From Planctomycetota bacterium (GTDB lineage: Bacteria; Planctomycetota; Planctomycetia; Planctomycetales; Planctomycetaceae), in assembly GCA_043718945.1 (NCBI GenBank), contig JAYSUV010000042.1, forward strand, positions 1 to 55,627: a stretch of 55,627 nucleotides of DNA. The letters run 5' to 3'. Below, piece after piece: positions 45,433-53,168 of this stretch. The stretch's first letter is position 1. Every line of letters starts with the position of its first letter. Below the pieces are notes generated by a model. It was not told the DNA's origin. It ran no database searches and was given only the letters and a program-made list of their open reading frames with translations. The translations under genes were made by a program, and so were the position numbers.

Positions 45433-46191
45433 GCGGGAATCTCCGGGAAGAGCGTTGAGAGATGAGGGTTGAGCGTTGAAGGTGGGAGTTGAGCGAATAT
45501 GCTCAACCCGCGTGGCAGCATGTTTCTATTCAGCGGCGTATTGAGAGAACGAACGTCACACGACGTTGAGAGAGATCCACGTCGAGCGTCCCAGTGTGTG
45601 ACAATGAAGTAGGAGTGACGCGGTTCCAGCCCAGTTGAGTCGTCAGGGCTGGAGCGCGGGTCTGCACTTCTTGGCACATGTCAAACTTAGGACCAGGTCG
45701 AGCCGATCGGGTCATGTTTCATTCCGGCAGCATGAGGTGCAGTGCGATTACGCAAGTCTGAGCGGACCGCTCTGGACCTCGTCAGAACTTGGTGCCAAAC
45801 GCCAACAATCAGCAACCTCGGGTTTCAGCGCAGAGCTGCTCCGGTCAGGTCGCCCAATGACTATTTCCCCATCGGCAGAGCTTGCCGAGAAGGTGGATTC
45901 GGACAGGTCGACTGGCTTGTGAATCCGTCGAACAGAGTCCCGATTCGCAATCCTGCGGTGTTTCACTGCAAGCCCCTGGAACTGAGGCAGCGCTGCTTGC
46001 CAAGTCCCGGAATGTCGGCTGGGACTGCCGATCTCAACAGTGTCCTGACCGCGAGTTCACTGGGGCCGCGATCCCCACGCTTCAGTCATGCCGGGTCTCC
46101 ACACCATGAGACGCCACGTCTCAGTACGGCATCTTTGAATGCTCTCCGCAGTCCGGTTCGTCAGTCCGCCTTTTGATCCACGGGGGAAGTC

Positions 46192-47487
46192 ATGGTTCTG
46201 TTTCAGTGCGACTCGCAGAGGTCGCGTTCACTCGGTGTCTGGGGTTGGGTGATGAGCCTGGCCGGGGCAGCTGTAGTCTGCGGTACGACTACTGAATGTC
46301 ATGCGGACGATCTCCAGGTTGTCACCGTGGCCAGTCAACAGAGCGTGGCATCCACCACAGCTAGCCGGGTCCGCGAGGGTGCCGATCAAGCCGCCGACCA
46401 AGTCATAGACATCGCCGATGCCCCCTGGTGGGATGCCGACGTTCACGAGTCAATGCAGAGCCAGGCCAGCTCGCTGCCGCTCACGCTGCAACAGACCATC
46501 TGGTATGCATTGAATTACTCCGCACAGATCCAAGTGTTTAGTGACCTGCCGCTCATTCGCGAGCAGGCGATCACCGAGGCCGATGCCTATTTCGATTGGA
46601 ACGCCTTCTTTGATACCCGCTGGGACGACCTCAATACTCCCGTCGGGAGTTCGCTCACTGTCGGTGGAGCGGGCACACGTTACCTCAACGATCAGTTCAG
46701 CTTCTCAGCGGGGGTACGACGCAAGAATGAGATCGGTGGCAAGTTCGAGATCGCACAGCAATTCGGCACCCAGCGCACGAACTCGACCTTCTTTGTCCCG
46801 AACAACCAGGGGACTTCTCGCCTCTCATTGAGTTACACGCAACCGCTGTTGCGAGGTCGCGGGGAAGAATACAACCGCAGTTTGTTCGTGTTGGCCAACA
46901 TCGATACACAGGCCGCTCAAAGTGAGTTCCACCGCCAGTTGCAGGGACATCTCGTTGAAGTGACACGGGCCTTCTGGGGAGTGTACCTGGAGCGGGCTTC
47001 ACTGATTCAGAAGTATCGTCTGTACGAAGCGAGTGCCAAAATCCTCAAGGACCTCGAAGCGCGGGCGGACATCGACGCGAACCAGAGCGTGATCCTGCGG
47101 GCGCGGGCGGCTGTGGCGGGTCGCCGTGCCGAACTGGTTCGGGCCCGGACAGCTGTCAAGAACGCCGAGACCCGGCTACGCGGTTTAGTCAATGCCCCAG
47201 AGCTGGGAGATGGCCAGACAACTGAACTGATTCCCGGAGACACTCCACTGCGGGCCATCTACCAAGCGGATGCGGCCTCCAATATGTCGATGGCGTTACA
47301 AAGTCGCCCGGAGATCAACCAAGCGATGAAAGACATGCAGTCCGCCAGCGTCCGGCTGAACATGTCCAAGCACGAAATGCTGCCGACGCTGAACCTAATC
47401 GCGGAGACCTCGGTGGCCGGATTGCGAGGCAGCTATGACGTGGGCAATGCCTACAACGATCAGTTCTCGGTTGGTGCGCCGAGCTAA
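46192..47487 (+). CDS. TolC-family outer membrane efflux protein, N-terminal 431-codon part ending at an in-frame TAA (split gene or pseudogene)
   Basis: ATG 46192 is preceded by GGGGGAAG. It has a signal-like N-terminus. Typical OEP features are present: LTLQQTIWYALNYSAQI, coiled-coil repeats, QPLLRGRG. The ORF stops at TAA 47485-47487 in the middle of the second repeat. The same frame continues as 47497-48009. Confidence 0.75.
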   Translation: MVLFQCDSQRSRSLGVWGWVMSLAGAAVVCGTTTECHADDLQVVTVASQQSVASTTASRVREGADQAADQVIDIADAPWWDADVHESMQSQASSLPLTLQQTIWYALNYSAQIQVFSDLPLIREQAITEADAYFDWNAFFDTRWDDLNTPVGSSLTVGGAGTRYLNDQFSFSAGVRRKNEIGGKFEIAQQFGTQRTNSTFFVPNNQGTSRLSLSYTQPLLRGRGEEYNRSLFVLANIDTQAAQSEFHRQLQGHLVEVTRAFWGVYLERASLIQKYRLYEASAKILKDLEARADIDANQSVILRARAAVAGRRAELVRARTAVKNAETRLRGLVNAPELGDGQTTELIPGDTPLRAIYQADAASNMSMALQSRPEINQAMKDMQSASVRLNMSKHEMLPTLNLIAETSVAGLRGSYDVGNAYNDQFSVGAPS

Positions 47488-47496
47488 TCGGTCGGG

Positions 47497-48009
47497 GTGC
47501 AGTTTGAAGTTCCCATCGGTCGTAGACTGTCTCAAGCACGCCTGACCCGGCGGGAGATTGAACTTCGTCAAGTGCGCAATCAGTTCCGCTCTGTGACCGA
47601 AACGATCAAAGTCGAAGTCGAAGTTTCCACTCGCGAAGTTGAGACAGCCTTCAAAGAGATGCTCGCCAAGCAACAGCAAATTGCCGCCACGACCGAAGAC
47701 GCCAAGTCGATCGCGCATCGCTGGGAGATGTTGCCCGGTGCCGACGGCTCAGCAGCTGTGGTTCTCGATCAACTGCTCCGCGCTCAGGAGCGGCAGACAG
47801 CTGCGGAGAATGACTTCTTATTAGCGGAGCTGACTTACAACCTGGCTCTGACGAACATGAAAAAGAGTACCGGGGAGTTGCTTCAGTCGGAGATGATTAC
47901 CGAGGGGCGGTACTCCGAGAACGGAGTGCCCCGGACCGTGCTGGATAAGCCAATCATGTCAACAGAGGTGCAGCCGGAGCCAGCTCCAGGCTCCGCGCTT
48001 CCGCAGTAG
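47497..48009 (+). CDS. TolC-family outer membrane efflux protein, C-terminal part (same frame as 46192-47487)
   Basis: SVGVQFEVPIGRRLSQARLTRREIELRQV... is the canonical TolC beta-strand/helix continuation (xVGxxxxxPxxxR). It starts 9 nt after the TAA, in the same frame. It has no independent signal peptide, so it is unlikely to be a stand-alone gene. Confidence 0.7.
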   Translation: MQFEVPIGRRLSQARLTRREIELRQVRNQFRSVTETIKVEVEVSTREVETAFKEMLAKQQQIAATTEDAKSIAHRWEMLPGADGSAAVVLDQLLRAQERQTAAENDFLLAELTYNLALTNMKKSTGELLQSEMITEGRYSENGVPRTVLDKPIMSTEVQPEPAPGSALPQ

Positions 48010-48246
48010 GCCCCATCGCTAGGAGCCGACATCCTGCCATCAGTATGCGGTCGAGGGGGCCGCTGACGCCCTGTCGAGAAGAATCGGAATCGGGAGTGGA
48101 TCACCGGCCCGCGAGCCACCCACCGGTCTCGTTCTCTCGACAGGGCGATGTCATTGAGTCGGGGGGGTGGAGTCTGGAGCAGGAAGCTTCTGGCCATCCA
48201 CCATCCGCTCCCTCTCTTTCATTCATCACTCACCACTCGCCTCCCT

Positions 48247-50124
48247 ATGCGTCTCCTCACACGCACTCCCGATCTCGTCGAACGAGTGCGAATGCTCGGG
48301 AAGCCTCTGCCTACCAACCCACAGGGATTCCTGTCCCAAGCGATGATCGCACTGCGGGAGCGGGCGAGGACCATGACGACGACAACCGAGAGCGACCTGC
48401 TCGCCCGCTCCTTTTCTCTCGGCACCGAAGCCATCCGCCGTGTCTTTGGGTTTGTGTTGCACGATGTCCAGATTCGCGGAGCCGCAGCCGTGGCGCGCGG
48501 CGATGTGGTGCAGATGCAGACTGGCGAAGGCAAGACGATGGTCGCCGCATTGGCCGCGATCAATCGTGCCTTGTCAGGTCGAGGAGTGCATGTGATCACG
48601 ACCAACAGCTATTTAGCTGAGAGAGATTGCGAAGAGCTGCGACCAGTGTTTGACATGCTCGGGATCTCGCTGGGAGTGTTAAGGCAGGAGTCGACGCTCG
48701 CTGAGACTCGGCGAGCCTACGCCGCCGAAGTGACTTATGGTCCGGGGTATCAGTTCGGGTTTGACTACCTGAAGGACCAGTTGGCTTTGAGGACCGTTGT
48801 GGAGGTTCCTCTTGGTTCAAAACTCAGAGCAGGGCTGAATGGCCAACGAGTCGGTGAGACACCACTGCGGCAGCGACCTCGCGACTTCGCGATCATCGAC
48901 GAGATCGACAGCGTGCTGTTGGATGAAGCGTCGACTCCACTGATCCTCAGTGGATCGGCCAGCGGGATCGATGATCCAGCACCGTATGAAATTGCCCGCG
49001 ACTGCGTGGCTCGCTTCGCGGCGGAGACCGACTTCACCATCGAGTCGCCATCGCAGCGCATCTTGCTTTCGGTCGACGCGGTCACTCGCTCGCAACAGGC
49101 TCTGACAGCTCGGCCAAAAGTGCGACTGGCCCGCCCGTGGGCCACCTATCTGCGAAATGCAATCCAGGCACAGTACAAGCTCCATCGCGACGAACACTAC
49201 GCCGTGATCGAGGATGAGGTCCGCATCGTCGATCAGAACACCGGTCGTATTTTTGCCGACCGTTCTTGGCGTGACGGACTGCATCAAGCGGTCCAGGCCA
49301 AAGAGCAGGCTTCGATCACGCCGAGTGAGACATCACTCGCTCGCATCACCCGGCAGAGATACTTCCAGCAGTACAACCAGCTGGCCGGGCTGACCGGGAC
49401 GGCTCTGGGTGCCGAGCCGGAGTTCGAGAGTGTCTACGCCTTGCGAGTCGTTCCGATCCCGACAGCGCGCCCCTGCTTGCGGCGTCTGGAACGGCAACGG
49501 GCGTTTGGTACTCTCGACGCTAAACGAAGTGCCATCGCGAGCGACACCGCGAATCGCTTTCACCGGGGGCAGCCCGTGCTGATTGGAACGCGGACGATCG
49601 AAGAGAGCCGACGCCTTTCGGATCAGTTCACGGTACTCCAACTTCCACACATCGTCCTCAACGGACTGCAAGATGCGGACGAAGCATCCATCATCTCACA
49701 AGCAGGTCAAACCGGGGCGATCACGATCGCGACGAACATGGCCGGGCGCGGGACCGACATCAAGTTGAGTCCGGCGGCGAGAGACGCTGGCGGGCTGCAT
49801 GTCGTCGTCTCGGAGCCGCACATCTCGCAACGGATCGATCGCCAGTTGATCGGGCGTTGTTCTCGACAAGGCGACCCTGGATCGGCCCAGGTCTTCGTCT
49901 GTGCCGAGGATCAACTGTTGACGCTGCATGCTCCCAAGCTCGCGAAACGGCTGCGCCGATTGGCCGGGGCGGACGGCGAGTGCAGCGTCGATGTCGCCGG
50001 TGATGTTCTCAGAACTCAACAGCGCATTGAACTGGAACACTCTCAGCAGCGTGCGAAGCTGTTGAAGCAAGATGAGTGGTTGGATGGAGTTCGCAAAGTC
50101 CTCTCAGGATGGGAAACCGAATGA
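48247..50124 (+). CDS. SecA-like ATPase paralog: NBD1, preprotein cross-linking domain and NBD2 present; most of the helical scaffold, wing and C-terminal tail absent
   Basis: MQTGEGKTM (Walker A), DEIDSVLLDEASTPLILSG, RSWRDGLHQAVQAKE...ITRQRYFQQYNQLAGLTGTA, TNMAGRGTDIKL and GGLHVVVSEPHISQRIDRQLIGRCSRQGDPG match the SecA motor motifs in order. The protein ends 80 residues after GDPG. Start taken at ATG 48247; the ORF is open from 48148. Confidence 0.85.
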   Translation: MRLLTRTPDLVERVRMLGKPLPTNPQGFLSQAMIALRERARTMTTTTESDLLARSFSLGTEAIRRVFGFVLHDVQIRGAAAVARGDVVQMQTGEGKTMVAALAAINRALSGRGVHVITTNSYLAERDCEELRPVFDMLGISLGVLRQESTLAETRRAYAAEVTYGPGYQFGFDYLKDQLALRTVVEVPLGSKLRAGLNGQRVGETPLRQRPRDFAIIDEIDSVLLDEASTPLILSGSASGIDDPAPYEIARDCVARFAAETDFTIESPSQRILLSVDAVTRSQQALTARPKVRLARPWATYLRNAIQAQYKLHRDEHYAVIEDEVRIVDQNTGRIFADRSWRDGLHQAVQAKEQASITPSETSLARITRQRYFQQYNQLAGLTGTALGAEPEFESVYALRVVPIPTARPCLRRLERQRAFGTLDAKRSAIASDTANRFHRGQPVLIGTRTIEESRRLSDQFTVLQLPHIVLNGLQDADEASIISQAGQTGAITIATNMAGRGTDIKLSPAARDAGGLHVVVSEPHISQRIDRQLIGRCSRQGDPGSAQVFVCAEDQLLTLHAPKLAKRLRRLAGADGECSVDVAGDVLRTQQRIELEHSQQRAKLLKQDEWLDGVRKVLSGWETE

Positions 50125-51011
50125 ACACGTTCGCACGGACGATCATGCTGACGGTATGGACAGCCAGCGTGCTGCTAAGCGGGGCCAAGCTGCGGGCCGA
50201 GGTCACGACCAGCTTTACCGAGCCGGATGAGACAATCGAAGTCGCTTGCGCTGAACCGGGTGTTGTCGCGCAGGTACTCGTGAAGCAGGGGCAATTCGTC
50301 AAGGCGGGGACCATCCTGGCCGTCCTCGACAACGCGGTCCTCGAAGCGACACTCCGTGCGGCAGAGACGAAGGCGCGATCGACGGCCCGGATCGATCTGG
50401 CTCGGGTGGAGGTCGAACTCAAGCAGAGACAGAAGGCCAAACTCTCGCTCGTCCTCGCCGACGGGCACGCCTCGGCCAATGAGATCGAGAAAGCCGAAGC
50501 CGAACTGGCCGCCAGCCAGGCCCAGCTGCGCATCTCCGAAGAGGAAGCGATCCTGAGCAAGATCGATGTGGAACAGATCAAGGCTCAAATTGAACGCCGC
50601 ACCATTCGCAGCCCGGTCGACGGCGTGGCGACTCGTGTTCGTCGACGACCTGGCGAGTTCCTCTCCAGCAGCGAGCCAGTGATCGCGACGGTGGTCCGTC
50701 TCGATCAGCTGCGGGTGAAGTTCTACGTCTCAACGGAGCTGGCCGAACGACTGCAATCGAATGGGGAATGCGCTGTCTCGATACGTGGCCAGCGAATCGC
50801 CGGGCGGATCGACTTCCTCTCACCGGTGACCGATGCCGACAGCGGGACGGTGCGCATGGAAGTGCTGCTCGACAACCGGTCGCACAAGCTTCGTAGCGGG
50901 ATCTCCAGTCAGCTGGAGTTGGTGCCACCGACAACGACTCCGGTCCGGGGGAGTGAGCCGGTGGTGGTCAAGCCGCGTGAGTCGGGGTTGGTCGCCCCCG
51001 TACTGCGGTAA
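50121..51011 (+). CDS. HlyD/membrane-fusion-family periplasmic adaptor with signal peptide
   Basis: ATG 50121 overlaps the SecA-like stop (ATGA, 50121-50124). Signal peptide is MNTFARTIMLTVWTASVLLSGAKLRA. The lipoyl-like block GVVAQVLVKQGQFVKAGTILAVLDN, a long coiled coil, then IRSPVDGVATRV are typical MFP architecture. Confidence 0.8.
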   Translation: MNTFARTIMLTVWTASVLLSGAKLRAEVTTSFTEPDETIEVACAEPGVVAQVLVKQGQFVKAGTILAVLDNAVLEATLRAAETKARSTARIDLARVEVELKQRQKAKLSLVLADGHASANEIEKAEAELAASQAQLRISEEEAILSKIDVEQIKAQIERRTIRSPVDGVATRVRRRPGEFLSSSEPVIATVVRLDQLRVKFYVSTELAERLQSNGECAVSIRGQRIAGRIDFLSPVTDADSGTVRMEVLLDNRSHKLRSGISSQLELVPPTTTPVRGSEPVVVKPRESGLVAPVLR

Positions 51012-51032
51012 CTGCATTCACCAGAACTCGCT

Positions 51033-51068
51033 CAGACTTCCGAAGTCTCGGAAGACTTCGGAAGTCTG
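51033..51068 (+). other. Strong intra-operon hairpin (15-bp perfect stem, 6-nt loop)
   Basis: CAGACTTCCGAAGTC (51033-51047) and GACTTCGGAAGTCTG (51054-51068) are exact reverse complements. It lies 22 nt after the adaptor stop and has no U-tract. A second 8-bp hairpin CCACCTTCtggcGAAGGTGG lies at 51099-51118. Confidence 0.75.
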
Positions 51069-51138
51069 CTGGCACCTGTGAATACTAAAACAATCCGCCC
51101 ACCTTCTGGCGAAGGTGGCTACGTTCAGGAACATCAGC

Positions 51139-52989
51139 ATGGCCGTCATGAAGACTCAACGCATTGATGCCCCTTCGCCGTTACCGATCACAGTCGCCTC
51201 GAAGGCCGGGCCGGTGCATGCTCGGCTGTATCACATCGCCTCGCAGATTCTTGACCCCTTGGTGGCTCGGTCAGAACTGAGGAAGGTCGCCATCGCCGAG
51301 ACGGGAGCGATCGCTGCGGTCCATGTGTCTCGCACGTCTGATGGTCAGTGGACATTCGACCCGAGCCAGATCACGGGGGACTTGCCTCGCGATGAGGGGA
51401 TGCGCGAGCAGCTGAATGAACTCTGCACAGCTGCGACTGAGCGTAGCAAGCCACAAATCCAGCAGTCGAAGACTGCGGCTTCACTGTTCCTGATTGGGGC
51501 TCCGATTGTGCTCCCACGCACAGCGGGAGAGGTGCTGTTCATTGTCGTCCCGGCCCAGGCGGGTGCGGTGCAGGCGGCGACGATGATTGTCGACTTGGTA
51601 GCGGCGTACCAGCGCACGTGGGCACTCACGCACATCGCGGCGCAGATGGACCGACAGCTTGATTCGATTGCCACGCTGTGCGAGCTGACCTCGAAAGTCA
51701 CCGGGGCCGAGAGCCTCGATGCGGCCACCACGTTACTCGTGAGTGAAGTGCAGCGCCGGTTCGGATGTTTGCGAGTGGCAGTCGGGATCAAGCAGGGGAG
51801 ATCGCTACGGTTAGCGGCGGTGTCGGGGACATCGCAGGCCGATCCGACCTCGACACCAGTCCACCGACTGAGACAGGCCATGCAAGAGACGCTGTTCCGA
51901 GATGAACCCGCCGTGTGGCCGGTGAATTCCTCGGAGGCGATGCTGCTGGCACATCAGCAACTTGCACAGCACTGCTCGTTCCCGGCGGTCATCTCTGCGC
52001 CGCTGAAGCTCGCGGATGGGACCGTGGTTGGAGTATGGCTCTGGGCGGGAGCGAAGGAGAAGCTGCACGGTGAGGCGACACGGCGATTCATGGCAGCGGC
52101 CTCTCCGCATGTAGCGATTGCCTTACAGGCGTGTCGCCGTGCCGAGCCGGGGATCGCTTCGCGAGTGGCTTCGGCCTTGGGGCGGAGTCTGCGTAGCCGC
52201 GCGGGGATGCTGGTCGTGCTGGCGTTGATGCTCTTCGGAGGCGCGATGTTCGTTCCGGTTCCAAGTCATGTTCGCTGCGATTGCCGCGTGGCTCCGGTGG
52301 CCCGCCGTTATGCCGTCGCACCGTTCGATGGACAGATCGAGACAGTGCTCGCCAAGCGAGGAGACACCGTCACCGAGGGGCAGATCCTCGCTCGACTCGA
52401 CGGTCGACAGGTCCGCTGGGAGCTGGCTGGAGTCGAAGCTGAACGGCATCAAGCGGCTCGCAAGCACGAAGTCGAACTCGTGGGCCAGGATGTGCCCGAG
52501 GCGATCCTCGCGAGCTTGGAACTCGACCGACTCAACGTCAAAGACTCACAGCTGACCCACCGCGAATCCCAACTCGAAGTCGCCAGCCCGGTGACTGGGA
52601 TCGTGCTCGAGGGATTGCGAGATCGGGTCGAAGGGACACCGGTCAAGACGGGCGACGTACTGTTCGAGGTCGCTCCGCTCGACCGAGTGCGGGTCGAGAT
52701 CGAGGTGCCCGCCAGCGAAGTCTCTACCGTGGAAGTCGGCCAGTCGGTGACTCTCTGGCTCGAGGGCCTGGGGACCGACGCGATCTCGGGAACGATTCAA
52801 TCGCTTGCTCCCGAGTCCGAGGTCAGCGAAGGCGAAAACGTGTTCATCGCCGAGCTGGAGTTTGAGAATACCCAAGGCCGGATGCGCCCCGGCATGCGCG
52901 GGCGAACCCGGATTGACTCGCCGAGGAGGCCACTGGGACGGGTACTGTTCCAGCCATTGTGGGAGTGGTGGTTGTCTCGCTGGGGATGA
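51139..52989 (+). CDS. HlyD-family adaptor with a large cytoplasmic GAF-like N-terminal region and one TM helix
   Basis: The C-terminal half (VAPFDGQIETVLAKRGDTVTEGQILARLDG..., coiled coil, ASPVTGIVLEGL, GDVLFEVAP) is MFP-like. TM helix is AGMLVVLALMLFGGAMFVPV. The preceding ~350 residues are soluble and include a GAF-like stretch (LCELTSKVTGAESLDAATTLLVSEVQRRFGCLRVAVGI...LRLAAVSG...). Start is ATG 51139 or 51148; the track ORF begins at GTG 51115. Confidence 0.7.
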   Translation: MAVMKTQRIDAPSPLPITVASKAGPVHARLYHIASQILDPLVARSELRKVAIAETGAIAAVHVSRTSDGQWTFDPSQITGDLPRDEGMREQLNELCTAATERSKPQIQQSKTAASLFLIGAPIVLPRTAGEVLFIVVPAQAGAVQAATMIVDLVAAYQRTWALTHIAAQMDRQLDSIATLCELTSKVTGAESLDAATTLLVSEVQRRFGCLRVAVGIKQGRSLRLAAVSGTSQADPTSTPVHRLRQAMQETLFRDEPAVWPVNSSEAMLLAHQQLAQHCSFPAVISAPLKLADGTVVGVWLWAGAKEKLHGEATRRFMAAASPHVAIALQACRRAEPGIASRVASALGRSLRSRAGMLVVLALMLFGGAMFVPVPSHVRCDCRVAPVARRYAVAPFDGQIETVLAKRGDTVTEGQILARLDGRQVRWELAGVEAERHQAARKHEVELVGQDVPEAILASLELDRLNVKDSQLTHRESQLEVASPVTGIVLEGLRDRVEGTPVKTGDVLFEVAPLDRVRVEIEVPASEVSTVEVGQSVTLWLEGLGTDAISGTIQSLAPESEVSEGENVFIAELEFENTQGRMRPGMRGRTRIDSPRRPLGRVLFQPLWEWWLSRWG

Positions 52990-53085
52990 TGGGAAGGAGG
53001 GTTAATGGTTTAAGGTTGATGGTTTATCGACAGAGCAAGCACACCACTTCGGCCCCTCCCCTCCCTCCGTACCCTTCCGTCTCTC

Positions 53086-53160
53086 CCTCAACCCTCAACC
53101 ATTAACCATTAACCATTAACCATTAACCATTAACCATCAACCATCAACCATCAACCATCC
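53086..53160 (+). repeat. Heptanucleotide tandem array (CCTCAAC x2, CATTAAC x5, CATCAAC x3, partial CATCC) immediately 5' of the M50-HlyD gene
   Basis: Ten contiguous 7-nt units counted base by base from 53086 to 53155, plus a partial unit to 53160. ATG follows at 53169. The upstream segment 53002-53026 (TTAATGGTTTAAGGTTGATGGTTTA) is largely complementary to the array. Confidence 0.9.
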
Positions 53161-53168
53161 CCCCCTCC

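Noticed and set aside
45635-46176. Small plus-strand ORFs in the divergent intergenic region as RiPP-like precursor peptides for the PqqD/M50 protein
   Set aside because: Translations are Arg/Ser/Pro-rich with no leader/core organisation. They have no ribosome-binding sites that I could recognise, and they overlap one another in different frames.
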